A DNA stretch of 64,000 bases, from positions 1 through 64,000 of the forward strand of contig JBCBJQ010000006.1 of assembly GCA_038523235.1 (NCBI GenBank), read 5' to 3'. Every line of letters starts with the position of its first letter. Within the stretch, counting starts at the first letter, position 1. Below the pieces are notes generated by a model. That model was given only the letters and a program-made list of their open reading frames with translations, was not told where the DNA came from and did no database searches. The DNA comes from Cyanobacteria bacterium J06626_4. GTDB taxonomy: Bacteria > Cyanobacteriota > Cyanobacteriia > Phormidesmidales > Phormidesmidaceae. Position numbers and translations under genes: made by a program. Positions 39,578-49,578 of the stretch are shown in pieces.

Positions 39578-41221
39578 CTACAGGTTTAGTACTAGCTGGT
39601 CAACCGACGATTGCGGCTGGGGCTGGCGTTTGCGCGCTTTGGGCGGCGTGATGTTGGTGTGGGCAACAAACCAGGTGCGGAGTGCCCTCGCCTGGGTGGT
39701 ATCCAACGTGGCCAAATCGAGGGGCGGCGGAAACAGGGTTTCGGTCGGGGTATTGGCCCAAGTGACATCGCTGGTATAGCGATCGCTGCCAAAGGGGGTA
39801 ACGTCATCCGGTAGGGCGGCCAGATAGGGCACTACATTGGTTTGACTGAGGAAGCGACCGCGCTGGGTTTCGAGCTGCGCAACTCGCTTTTGTCGGGCGG
39901 CGGCATAGTCCAAAATGGGGGCGGGGTAGCTATCCACCGGCGGCGGCGTGCCCAACTGCTGGGGCGAGAGCTGGGCCAGCTCCGGCACCCAGCGTTTGAT
40001 GAATTGGCCTTCGGGGTCGCAGCGATCGACTGCCACCTGCCCCGGATTGTAGATGCGCGTCCACGACTTATCGAGGCAGTGGGTGACGCCCGACTGCATG
40101 GCCCACTGGTAATGATCGATCGGGCAGTCGCCATCGATCAGGTGTCGCATAAAGTGCAGCGCCCCCAGTCGCCAGTCCATCCCCAACAAATTGCCTAAAA
40201 AGCTGGCATAAATTGCCCGCGATCGAAAGTTGAGCGCTTGCCAACCGCCGGTCGCCTGCAGGCAACGCGCCGCCGCATCCACCATGGGAAAGCCCGTTTG
40301 CCCCACCTGCCAGGCGCGATAGCGATCTTCGTCAAACTCCCAGCCATCTTCATCAAAGACGGTGTAGAGCGATCGCAGCTCTAACTGCGGCAAATAGCGA
40401 AAGCGTTGGGCAAAACCGCTGCCCCAGCGCAGGCGAGCTAACAGCTGCTGCTGACTGCGCTTAATGCGAAAGTCGCCGTGGTCAGGCGCTTGCTGCAGGG
40501 TCTGCACGCATTCCCGCACGGAGATCGCCCCAAACTTAATGTGGGGACTCAGCCCCGTCGTCGCCTCGGCACTGGGATAGGAAAGTTGCCAATAGTAGCG
40601 ATCGCTTTTGTCAGTAAAAAATTGCGTCAACAGCTCACGGGCCGCAGCGGTGCCCCCGGCAGGAATCAGCTTGTCATCGGGCACATGGGCTAAATCCGTG
40701 AGGGCAGGCAGAGCATCGCTGGCGATTTCTGGGGGCACTTCGATGCGCGGCGGTGTCGGCACTGGGGCGGCTGCCATATCTCGCCACCAGCGCGATCGGT
40801 ACTGCGGATAAGCCATCAAGTCGGGCCGGCTAGCGGGCGGTTCAAACCAGCGAATCTTCATGCCGCGATCGGCTAAGGCGGCGTTAAGCCGAGCGTCGCG
40901 CACGCGGCCATAAATGCGTTCGCAATCGGTGTAGGCGTAGATGCCTTCGGCCCCGGTCGCGGCGACCAAATCGGGGAGGACCGTGACCGGATCGCCCGAT
41001 CGCAAAATCAGACGTCCTCCGCGACTTTGCAGATCGGCATCCAGCGAGGCCAGGCAATCCAACATAAAGGCCACCCGCGCTGAGCCCGTTTCTGGATGCA
41101 GCAGGAGTGATCGATCAAAGACAAAAATCGGTATCACCAAACCGCGCCGCGCCGCTCGAAACAGAGGCTCGTGGTCACAAATACGCAAATCTCGGCGAAA
41201 CCAAACAATCGTGCGATTCAT
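39578..41221 (-). CDS. DNA photolyase/cryptochrome family protein
   Basis: VWFRRDLRICD, TGLSPHIKFG, WQVGQTGFPMVDAA, DWRLG, LIDGD, RIYNP, DPEGQFIKRWVPEL. Confidence 0.92.
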   Translation of the reverse strand: MNRTIVWFRRDLRICDHEPLFRAARRGLVIPIFVFDRSLLLHPETGSARVAFMLDCLASLDADLQSRGGRLILRSGDPVTVLPDLVAATGAEGIYAYTDCERIYGRVRDARLNAALADRGMKIRWFEPPASRPDLMAYPQYRSRWWRDMAAAPVPTPPRIEVPPEIASDALPALTDLAHVPDDKLIPAGGTAAARELLTQFFTDKSDRYYWQLSYPSAEATTGLSPHIKFGAISVRECVQTLQQAPDHGDFRIKRSQQQLLARLRWGSGFAQRFRYLPQLELRSLYTVFDEDGWEFDEDRYRAWQVGQTGFPMVDAAARCLQATGGWQALNFRSRAIYASFLGNLLGMDWRLGALHFMRHLIDGDCPIDHYQWAMQSGVTHCLDKSWTRIYNPGQVAVDRCDPEGQFIKRWVPELAQLSPQQLGTPPPVDSYPAPILDYAAARQKRVAQLETQRGRFLSQTNVVPYLAALPDDVTPFGSDRYTSDVTWANTPTETLFPPPLDLATLDTTQARALRTWFVAHTNITPPKARKRQPQPQSSVDQLVLNL

Positions 41222-41442
41222 GGTGACAGCGGCTAGACAGACCAGAGAGACAGGAAAATACTCGTTTTGTCACCTTAGCAAATCTTCAAAATCGTGACCT
41301 CTTAGGCGAGCCCCTTTACTAGTTGAATACACTTGTACTACTATTGACATAGATTCAATCCCCGCTCTGAAATCGTTGCCTGAGTTTGCGACCCAGCGCT
41401 GACCGATTTAACGAGCTTCACCGTTGTTGAGGAGGGCAAATC

Positions 41443-42021
41443 ATGACCCCGCATCATCCTCGTAATCCCGCCCGAGAGCAGTACACCAGCTATTTCCCAA
41501 ACGCGCAAACATCGGGGGCTTACCCCACTGACTTCGCACCGCCTTCGCGCCCGACTCGCGTCATGTCCCGCCCCCCGGTGGCTCGTTCGCAGCCATCAAG
41601 GGCGACAGCGCCCCGGCGATCGCGCGCCGCTCAGCCGCCGCGGCGATCGCGGCAGGCGTGGCTAGCGGGCGGGGGCATGTTAGCCCTCGCCGCCTTGGTG
41701 GTGGTGCCGAAGCCCAGCCTGCCGCAGGCTGAGCAATCGGCTAGTGCTAACGTCGTCTGTCAAGAAACGATCAAGTCTGAATCGGTACTGTCGCGAGCGG
41801 AACTGTCAAAACTCCTCGCCATCGCTGAACGGGCTCCGAAGGCCGACATTCAGGCCGTCATTGATGAGCCCTACTGCACCCTGCCCCCGGTCAATGTCAG
41901 AGAAGGGGTGGTCTCTAATCGCGAGGCGTATCCGCTAGAGTTCAATCCCCAAACCTGGTTCATCGTCCTCTACGAAGACGGGGAATATGCCGGTTTCGAC
42001 TTTAGCTTTGAGCGCGATTAG
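41443..42021 (+). CDS. Hypothetical protein (disordered N-terminus, one TM, periplasmic domain with 2 Cys)
   Basis: GAGGAGG RBS; TM WLAGGGMLALAALVVV. Confidence 0.75.
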   Translation: MTPHHPRNPAREQYTSYFPNAQTSGAYPTDFAPPSRPTRVMSRPPVARSQPSRATAPRRSRAAQPPRRSRQAWLAGGGMLALAALVVVPKPSLPQAEQSASANVVCQETIKSESVLSRAELSKLLAIAERAPKADIQAVIDEPYCTLPPVNVREGVVSNREAYPLEFNPQTWFIVLYEDGEYAGFDFSFERD

Positions 42022-42071
42022 CTCAACGGATTGAACAGAGTCAGTGAAATTTCGACAACTGCAGGTGATTT

Positions 42072-42539
42072 ATGCGATCGCGTCTACCGTTTAACCTGAA
42101 GCCCTTCAAACTGGCGGGGCCACTACTGCTGTTGGGGTTGACTGCTTGCACCCTGACCCAGGCACAGGTACCCCCCCGCAATATTCCCATCCATCAAAAT
42201 TGGGTGCTTCAGCCCGGCAGCAAAGTCGGCAACTTTTCAGTTGTGGGCAGCCTGGGCGATGTCTCCATCGATCTGGATGGCCATAAGATCAAAGCCCCCT
42301 TTGACGGTCAGGTGCAGCCCGCCGAGCATAACTGCATCGCCTTCACCAGTCCCGAAATTCCCGCCTATTTGTTTCGGCTGTGTGGCGTCACTCGCCCCCG
42401 CCTGGGCGACGTCAAAGCCGGTACAGTGATTGGCCGAGGGAATGTCTTGCAGTTCGCCGCCATGCGCCGTCAACCGGATGGCACTTGGGCAATGGTGGAA
42501 CCCGCGATCGATGTGCTCGAAAAGACGTTTGCCAAGTAG
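42072..42539 (+). CDS. Hypothetical lipoprotein with degenerate M23-like fold
   Basis: Lipobox LTAC; IKAPFDGQV and GDVKAGTVIG M23-like motifs. Confidence 0.7.
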   Translation: MRSRLPFNLKPFKLAGPLLLLGLTACTLTQAQVPPRNIPIHQNWVLQPGSKVGNFSVVGSLGDVSIDLDGHKIKAPFDGQVQPAEHNCIAFTSPEIPAYLFRLCGVTRPRLGDVKAGTVIGRGNVLQFAAMRRQPDGTWAMVEPAIDVLEKTFAK

Positions 42540-42564
42540 GGATTGGGCAGTGCCAAACCCCTAC
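42536..42564. repeat. GTAG-type REP-like palindrome
   Basis: gtagggattgggcagtgccaaacccctac. Confidence 0.5.
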
Positions 42565-42643
42565 AAAAATTTCCTGTTTTAAAGACGCTACTCAAGCACG
42601 GCTCCCCAATGCTGGTGCAGATCCCCTTGAGCGAATGGTGACG

Positions 42644-43456
42644 TTAGCCCCGCTGACGTTTCGATAGCTGGCTCACCGTGACGTAGGCCAAGATGATCAT
42701 CGTGAAGGAAAACAGGGTCGTGAGCGTGCCGAGGGCATAGAGCGCGGGCGAGGTCACGTTTGTCGTCATGCCAAAAATTTCCAATGGCAGCGTGTTGTAC
42801 TGGCCCGAGACCAGCGACGTGCGCGTGAACTCGTCGTAGGAGAGGGTAAATGTCAGCAGGCTGACCCCGATTAGACTCGGCAAAATGAGCGGCAGCACAA
42901 TTTCCCAAAAGGTTTTAGGGTCGTTGGCGCCCAGATCTTTCGCAGCCTCTTCATAGGTGGGGTTAAAGCGATTAAAGATGCCCAGCATGATCAGAAAGGC
43001 GATTGGCAGCGCCCAAGTAAGGTGCGCCCCGAGCCCTGAGGTCAGCCAGCTAGTCGACCAGCCCAACAGCTGAAACATCACCCCCAAGCCGAGGGAGATC
43101 AGGATGCTCGGCACAATCAGGGCAGCGATGGAGAGGTAAAACAACACCGTTGACCCGCGAAACCGCTGCCGAAAGGCCATGGCGGCCAGGGTCGACATGC
43201 TGGCGACGAGGCCCGTGACGATCAGCCCCAGCACGATCGAGCGCTTAAACGGTTCCACAAAGTTGCCGACGCGCTGTTCTTGAAAGACTTGCCCTAGCCA
43301 GTAAAAGCCAAAGCTGCGAATGGGAAACGTCAGCGTGCCGTCTGGCCCCTGCAGCGACAGGATAAAAATCGTGATCATCGGGCCGTAGAGAAACAGCACA
43401 AATAGGGCGAAGAAGGCCGCCAGCAGATAAAAAGAGAGCGATCGCGATTTCATCAT
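42644..43456 (-). CDS. ABC transporter permease (PotC-like)
   Basis: EEAAKDLGA EAA loop; FTLSYDEF; TLPLEIF. Confidence 0.92.
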   Translation of the reverse strand: MMKSRSLSFYLLAAFFALFVLFLYGPMITIFILSLQGPDGTLTFPIRSFGFYWLGQVFQEQRVGNFVEPFKRSIVLGLIVTGLVASMSTLAAMAFRQRFRGSTVLFYLSIAALIVPSILISLGLGVMFQLLGWSTSWLTSGLGAHLTWALPIAFLIMLGIFNRFNPTYEEAAKDLGANDPKTFWEIVLPLILPSLIGVSLLTFTLSYDEFTRTSLVSGQYNTLPLEIFGMTTNVTSPALYALGTLTTLFSFTMIILAYVTVSQLSKRQRG

Positions 43457-43484
43457 CGTTTAGCCAGCCCAGCAGGGGAACAGA

Positions 43485-44342
43485 TCAAAGTTCTTTGCGA
43501 ATGTTGATCACCCGCAAAATCGAGAACACCACCACCAGCGTCACCGTCAACAAAATAATGGCGTTGGCCGCCGCCAGCGGATACTGCAAGCTGCCAATTT
43601 GCGTTTGAATCAGCTTGCCAATCGAGGCCGCTTGGCCACCGCCCATCAGTCGCACGGTCACAAACTCGCCCATCACCAGCGTCACGACAAAAATCGAGCC
43701 GATCGCGATGCCGGGGGCCGACAACGGCAGAATGATTTCTTTGAAGACGTCAAACCCGGAGGCACCCATGTCTTCAGCAGCGGTAATCAGGGTGCGATCA
43801 ATACGCATCAGACTGTTGAAAATTGGCGCAATCATAAAAATGATATAGAGATGCACCATCCCCAACACCACCGCAAAGTCTGAATACAGCAAAAACTCTA
43901 GCGGCTGGTTGATCAGGCCAACACCCATGAGCAACTGATTAACCAGCCCCGCTTTGCCGAGCAGCGGCACCCAAGAGATCATCCGAATAATGTTCGACGT
44001 CCAAAACGGAATGGTGCAGATCAGAAACAGCAGCACCTGCCACTTCAGCTTTCTGATGTGAAACGACAGAAAAAAGGCGACCGGATAGGCGATCAGCAGT
44101 GTCGCCAGCCAGACCATGCCGACAAACTTAAAGGTGTTGAGATAAGTTCTGAGGGTGACCTGAGAGGTAAAGATGCCGATGTAATTGTCCAGCGTAAAGG
44201 CTGGCGTCATGGAATAGCCGTTGAACTCCCAAAAGCTCACGACCCCAATCAGCACAATCGGGAAGACCAAAAAAACGGCCAGGGCGATCGCCTGAGGGGC
44301 GGCCAGCAGGTAGGGCTTGAAGGCTGTCCAGGTTTTAGACAT
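43485..44342 (-). CDS. ABC transporter permease (PotB-like)
   Basis: IPFWTSNIIR; AAEDMGA; LPLSAPG. Confidence 0.92.
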   Translation of the reverse strand: MSKTWTAFKPYLLAAPQAIALAVFLVFPIVLIGVVSFWEFNGYSMTPAFTLDNYIGIFTSQVTLRTYLNTFKFVGMVWLATLLIAYPVAFFLSFHIRKLKWQVLLFLICTIPFWTSNIIRMISWVPLLGKAGLVNQLLMGVGLINQPLEFLLYSDFAVVLGMVHLYIIFMIAPIFNSLMRIDRTLITAAEDMGASGFDVFKEIILPLSAPGIAIGSIFVVTLVMGEFVTVRLMGGGQAASIGKLIQTQIGSLQYPLAAANAIILLTVTLVVVFSILRVINIRKEL

Positions 44343-44516
44343 ATGAAAGCCAAATTTCCCACAGGGGAAGTCAATGAATTTTGTACCAGGAGGAATCGTA
44401 GGTGGGATCTGACACTGTCAAATTCCCGAGAGTAGAACTACTTTGGGGCATTGCCCACCAACGATTCCGGCCATTCCTAAAACACCGAGTTTTAGGCAAT
44501 TAGAACGGCGGCAGTG

Positions 44517-45824
44517 CTAGGAGGCAATGAACTCATTCCACTTTTGAACGAGGTAAGTGTTCTCTGCCATCGTGGAATTCCAGCAAACAATGTTGCCAAA
44601 GCGCTCCTTAAAGGCCCCGCCATCGCGAACGTTTCCTGACTTGGCCAGCGTCTTACCAAACGGATCCACCATGTCTTCAGAGGCTGGTTGGCCCTCATAC
44701 CAGTAGGCCCATTCTGCCTCTGACATGTACTGCTTAGAATTCTCCGGGGCCGCACTGTAATAGCCCTGACGACCCAAAAAGGCCCCCACCCAGCCCTCTA
44801 GCATCCAGTTCAGATACTCATAGGCGGCATCTAGCTGAATGCCTTCCAGATTCTTCGACAGGCCGACGCCGCCACCCCAGCCGCGATAGCCCTCTTTGAG
44901 CGGCGCGTAAACGCAGTCAATGCCTTGCGATTGCACAGCCGCCACCGCTGGTGACCACATGGACTGTAAGATGACCTCTCCTGAAGCCATCAGGTTGACC
45001 GACTCATCAAAAGTCTTCCAAAAGGCGCGGAACTGACCGGCGGCCTTTTGCTCTTTGAGGATGCCGATAATCTGATCGATTTCGGCCTTGGTCATGTTGC
45101 CTTTGTCGGCAAACGTCATCAGCCCCAACGACTCGGCCACCAGGGCAGCATCCATGATGCCAATTTGGGGAATGTCGAGAATCGACGTCTTGCCCCGAAA
45201 CTCTTCGTTGAACAGCTCACCCCAGGTTTCGATCGGGCGGGTGATGAGGTCGGGGCGATAGCCCAGCGTATCGGCGTTGTACTGGAAGGGAATCAGCGTG
45301 GCAAAGTCGGTGGGGGTATCCGAAAACTCGGTAGAATCTGGCCCGGTCAGGTACATCACCTTGTAGGGCGCAGTCCCCTGAGAAGCCTCAACGGGCATGC
45401 CCTCGTACTCGCCACTGGTGAAAAAGGAGACGATTTTGTCCCAGTCACTGACCTTAGAAATCTCAATCGGTCGCAGATTGCCCGACGGCACCACCAGCGG
45501 CAAGCTGAAATACTCGCCATCGAAAATGTCGTACTGATCGGGCTGAGTAATGGCGATTTGGTTGTTTTCTTCGGTGCTCAGGGCGCGCATGTCGAGACTG
45601 AAACCCAGATCTTCTTGGGCCTTATCGCGAATCTCGTTGATCTGAGAGACGCCGGTACCGATCAGGCGGAGGGTGACATCTTTAATCTGGTTGGTATTGA
45701 CCTCGGGTCCGGTCGCTGGATTGTTTGGCGTCCCTTCGGGAGCACTGCCGCAGCGGGCAGCCGCCACAGCCGCCCCCGCTGCCAGCCCAGTTCGAAGCAC
45801 GTAACGACGAGAAACATTAGCCAT
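44517..45824 (-). CDS. PotD/PotF-family extracellular solute-binding protein (Tat lipoprotein-like)
   Basis: SRRYVL twin-arginine signal then Cys; YNADTLGYRPD; PLKEGYRGW; GGAG RBS before ATG 45824. Confidence 0.9.
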   Translation of the reverse strand: MANVSRRYVLRTGLAAGAAVAAARCGSAPEGTPNNPATGPEVNTNQIKDVTLRLIGTGVSQINEIRDKAQEDLGFSLDMRALSTEENNQIAITQPDQYDIFDGEYFSLPLVVPSGNLRPIEISKVSDWDKIVSFFTSGEYEGMPVEASQGTAPYKVMYLTGPDSTEFSDTPTDFATLIPFQYNADTLGYRPDLITRPIETWGELFNEEFRGKTSILDIPQIGIMDAALVAESLGLMTFADKGNMTKAEIDQIIGILKEQKAAGQFRAFWKTFDESVNLMASGEVILQSMWSPAVAAVQSQGIDCVYAPLKEGYRGWGGGVGLSKNLEGIQLDAAYEYLNWMLEGWVGAFLGRQGYYSAAPENSKQYMSEAEWAYWYEGQPASEDMVDPFGKTLAKSGNVRDGGAFKERFGNIVCWNSTMAENTYLVQKWNEFIAS

Positions 45825-45904
45825 GAGAACTCTCCTTGCAGAATTGAGACGATTTAAGGGCAGATTAAGACGATTCGTCAACAGTCCGAACAATCACAGT
45901 CCGA

Positions 45905-47089
45905 TCAATCTGCCAGAAACACGCAGTCGTGCGCCGACCAGCGCAGGGTAACCGCCTGACCTTCGCTGATACCGGCGTCCGCCCAGTCAGCCGTGCGCAC
46001 TTTGTACAGCAGCTCTTGGCCAGTGGCTTCGGTCAGTAGCCCCACGCGGGTGACGTAACCGGTCAGCTCGACATCAACGACTCGGGCCGTGAGGTGATTC
46101 GCCTGGGGCGAAGGCGCGCCGTCCGCCGTTGACACGATGGTGAGCAGATCAGGGCGCACTGAGCAGGCAGCCGTTTGCCCCACCGCTGTGGCCTGCCCCT
46201 GACTAAAGATCGATCCAAGGCCTGCCACCGCCAACTCGATCATGTCGAGGCCATCGCTATCGGGGACGGCGTTCAGCACGGTGCCTTCAAAAATGTTGTT
46301 GTCGCCAATAAATTTCGCCACAAATTTTGAAGCAGGTTTCGCAAATAGGTCACTGGGGGTGGCGACCTGGTCGATATGTCCGTGATCCATCACGACAATT
46401 TGATCGGAAAGGGAGAAGGCTTCTTCCACGTGGTGGGTGACCTGAATAAAGGTGAGGCCAAACTGCTTTTGAATATTGCGAAGTTCGCTGCGCATCCGCA
46501 CTCGCAGGTTTTCATCGAGGGCGCTGAGGGGCTCATCCAACATCAATACTTGGGGGCGCGTGACCAAGGCGCGAGCGAGGGCAATGCGCTGCTGCTGCCC
46601 GCCGCTAAGCTGATCTGGCTTGCGATCGCTCGTCTGGCTTAATCCCACCAGTTCCAAAATCTCACCGACGCGTTGGCGACGTTCGGCGGCGGGCACCTGC
46701 CGCATCCGCAACCCAAACTCAACGTTTTGCCATACCGTTTTGTGGGGAAACAGGGCGTAGTTTTGAAACATCATCGCCGTGTTGCGCTTGGCGGGTGGCA
46801 GGGCATTAACGCGGCGATCGCCAATATAGATATCGCCACTCGTGATCGACTCGTGACCGGCAATCATCCGTAACGTGGTGGTTTTGCCACAGCCGCTCGG
46901 CCCTAACAAACAACAATAAGAACCCGCCGGAATGTCTAGCAGGAGGTTTTCGACTGCGGTGAAGCTGCCATATTTTTTGGTCACCGAGCGCAACGAGACG
47001 CCTGCGGCCCCCTGGGCCAGCACTTGCTTAATATTCTTTTCAGACTCTGCAGCAGCAGGCTGAATCATATCTCGAGCATCTAATACCAT
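45905..47089 (-). CDS. ABC transporter ATP-binding protein (PotA-like, TOBE domain)
   Basis: [35 protein letters not shown]. Confidence 0.95.
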   Translation of the reverse strand: MVLDARDMIQPAAAESEKNIKQVLAQGAAGVSLRSVTKKYGSFTAVENLLLDIPAGSYCCLLGPSGCGKTTTLRMIAGHESITSGDIYIGDRRVNALPPAKRNTAMMFQNYALFPHKTVWQNVEFGLRMRQVPAAERRQRVGEILELVGLSQTSDRKPDQLSGGQQQRIALARALVTRPQVLMLDEPLSALDENLRVRMRSELRNIQKQFGLTFIQVTHHVEEAFSLSDQIVVMDHGHIDQVATPSDLFAKPASKFVAKFIGDNNIFEGTVLNAVPDSDGLDMIELAVAGLGSIFSQGQATAVGQTAACSVRPDLLTIVSTADGAPSPQANHLTARVVDVELTGYVTRVGLLTEATGQELLYKVRTADWADAGISEGQAVTLRWSAHDCVFLAD

Positions 47090-47299
47090 TACGCTTCACA
47101 GGTAATCGTTGCCAACTTATCAGAGCAGCCCGATAGAGCGCCTAGAGGCCATGCTCAAGGGCTCACCAGGAGCCAATTCACCCTTATTTTCCAGCTCGCC
47201 CAGCAAGCGAGTACCGTATCGACGCCTCGGACATGAGCGGTAGGTAACGGAGGCCGCATTAAGGTCTGGCCCAAACCTGGACAACTTTGGAACATGTTT

Positions 47300-47341
47300 A
47301 CTGTATGCATCTCGATCAGCGGCAAAGGTGTCGAACTATAC
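47300..47341 (-). promoter_or_regulatory. NtcA-activated-type promoter (GTA-N8-CAC-N22-TACAGT)
   Basis: Minus strand: gta-tagttcga-cac-22 nt-tacagt. Confidence 0.6.
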
Positions 47342-47434
47342 CTTTTGGCGGAATGATTGCCGTCTGATTTTCGCTGCCCGGGTCAAAACCCGTTTTCGCG
47401 ATGGGTTCTGCCCCTGCCCCTGGCGATCGCCCAC

Positions 47435-47463
47435 AAAAAATCCCCCCAATAAATTGGAGGGAT
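47435..47463 (-). terminator. Rho-independent terminator of gltA
   Basis: Minus strand atccctccaat-tt-attggggggat followed by a U-run. Confidence 0.7.
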
Positions 47464-47534
47464 AGAGTTCCTGAAAATCGTCACTGCCTTAATATCGGTG
47501 CTAAATCGCACAGTGACAAGAGGGGTACAACCCA

Positions 47535-48713
47535 TCACTGGTCATGTCCGTTGGCCAGCGATCGATCCCAAATTTGGGGGCGCTCAGCCAAGGGCACATA
47601 CTTTTGGCCATGGGAGCCGGTATAGATCTGGGTGGGTCGAAAGATCCGGTTTTCTTTGATCTGCTCTTTCCAATGCGCCAGCCAACCAGCGACGCGGGCG
47701 ATCGCAAATACCGGCGTAAAGAGATCGGTAGGAATACCCAACCGCCGATACACCAGTCCCGAATAAAAATCGACGTTGGGATAAACGCCTTTGTCGCCTA
47801 AACGCTCTGTGACGACCTGCTCAAGTTCTAGAGCAATGTCGTAATATTCATCGCCGCCAAATTTTTCAAACAGCTGTTCGGCTAACTTTTGCAAAATCTT
47901 AGCGCGCGGGTCTTTCACCTTATAGACGCGGTGGCCAAAGCCCATGATCTTTTTCTTGTGGGTGACACAATCGTCCACAAAAGGGCGCACATTGTCGACG
48001 CTGCCAATCGCCTCCAGCATGGCAATCACCTCTTCGTTCGCGCCACCATGCAGCGGCCCCGCCAGCGTGCCCACGGCCGAGGCGATGACCGCATAGGGGT
48101 CCGTCAGCGTCGATGCCGTCACCATCGCGGAGAAGGTGGAAGCATTGATGGTGTGTTCGGCATGCAGGGTCAAACAGATGTCAAAAATGCGCGCGGCCAG
48201 TGGGTCGGGCTCTTGCTCATTGAGCATGTACAAAAAATTGGCGGCATAGTCCAAGTCATCGCGCGGGCGCACGGGGTCGTTGCCCTTCCGCATCAGTTGA
48301 AAGGCCGCGACCATGGTGGGAATTTTGGCCAGCAGTCGCACCACAGCCTTTTGAATATAGAGGGGGTCGTTTAACGCCCGTTTTGAGTAGAACAGCCCCA
48401 AGGCCGCTGCACAGGCCTGCAGGGCATCCATCGGGTGGCCGCCCTCCGGGAAGCACTTCATCATGTCACGGATGCGATATTTCAACCGTCGATGGTTGCG
48501 AATCTCGTGTTCAAAGTCTTCCAGGGCTTGTTTTGTCGGTAGCCCGCCCCAAATCAGCAAATAAGCCGATTCTAAGAACGTACTTTGGTGGGCCAACGCT
48601 TCGACTCGAATGCCGCGATACTCTAAGATCCCCTGTTTGCCATCGACGTGGCTGATCGCCGATTGGGTTGCCGGAATTCCCTCCAGACCGGGCTTGTAGT
48701 CACAAACTGTCAT
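47535..48713 (-). CDS. gltA: Citrate synthase
   Basis: LHAEHTINAST, GPLHGGANE, MGFGHRVYK, YPNVDFYSG; ATG 48713 preferred. Confidence 0.97.
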   Translation of the reverse strand: MTVCDYKPGLEGIPATQSAISHVDGKQGILEYRGIRVEALAHQSTFLESAYLLIWGGLPTKQALEDFEHEIRNHRRLKYRIRDMMKCFPEGGHPMDALQACAAALGLFYSKRALNDPLYIQKAVVRLLAKIPTMVAAFQLMRKGNDPVRPRDDLDYAANFLYMLNEQEPDPLAARIFDICLTLHAEHTINASTFSAMVTASTLTDPYAVIASAVGTLAGPLHGGANEEVIAMLEAIGSVDNVRPFVDDCVTHKKKIMGFGHRVYKVKDPRAKILQKLAEQLFEKFGGDEYYDIALELEQVVTERLGDKGVYPNVDFYSGLVYRRLGIPTDLFTPVFAIARVAGWLAHWKEQIKENRIFRPTQIYTGSHGQKYVPLAERPQIWDRSLANGHDQ

Positions 48714-49053
48714 CTTTGGATCGCTCCCATATAGTTGATATGCGCCACTATTTGCCTGCCTCGCGATCGGTCTCTGCGGCAAAGCCCCCAGTCGGATGCC
48801 ATTTGACTGGTATGAACCTTAGAACACTGAGTGGCCGATACTGCGTAGTCGCTTCAGGGTCGCTTTCGGTTGGATTGGCTTAAGACCTTTCAATACCAGA
48901 CTTTGGCTTGGTCATTCTGTACTGCAGGACGCTGCTACAGGAAGGAGCTTGTGGTCTAGCCGCCAAGGAGCATGGGCTCGCCGCATTTCCCCTGACAACA
49001 GCAATCGTTGGATTGCAGCCTACCACTTAGGCAGCGATTGCATCTACTCATCC

Positions 49054-49578
49054 TCACAACAACAACCGCGGGGAAGTGAGCCAAAACAGCTCGCTGTTGC
49101 CGATCGCCGTCGCCGCAGCGGGCACGTGCAGGCCAATCACACCCGCTTTTTTGAGCCGCCAGCGATCGCTAACTTGCCCCGTAACTAACTGCTGTGCCCA
49201 ATGGCTCAAGTCGGGTTCGTGCCCCACCAGAGCCAACCGCCCTGAAGACTGCGCCTGCCACTGGGCGAGCACTGGTAGCCAGTCTGCCAACTTGCCACCG
49301 GGGGCGAGGGCGGCGCTGAGTTCGACGGTGGAAGCCATCCCCACGTCTAAAAGAATCTCAGCCGTTTGCTGGGCTCGCACTAAAGGACTCGTCAGAATTT
49401 TGTCAACTTGGCAGCCGACCGCCAGCAACCGCAGCGCCACGGCTCGGGTCCGCGCGCTCCCGGCATCAGTCAAAGGTCGTTCGTCATCCACGCGATAGGT
49501 ACCACGCTCAGCCGCAATGCCGTGACGGATCAGGTACAGCTCAGTCAGCGGCAATTTAGTCGGTGGAAATAAGGCCAT
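49054..49578 (-). CDS. sixA: Phosphohistidine phosphatase SixA
   Basis: LYLIRHGIA, RPLT, TSPLVRAQQT, VGHEP. Confidence 0.92.
   Translation of the reverse strand: MALFPPTKLPLTELYLIRHGIAAERGTYRVDDERPLTDAGSARTRAVALRLLAVGCQVDKILTSPLVRAQQTAEILLDVGMASTVELSAALAPGGKLADWLPVLAQWQAQSSGRLALVGHEPDLSHWAQQLVTGQVSDRWRLKKAGVIGLHVPAAATAIGNSELFWLTSPRLLL

Noticed and set aside
45048..45857. 269-aa plus-strand ORF
   Set aside because: Antisense to the well-supported solute-binding protein; no recognisable motifs
47090..47300. Guanidine or other riboswitch in the ABC importer leader
   Set aside because: ykkC/mini-ykkC consensus elements were not found by eye; an Infernal scan would be needed
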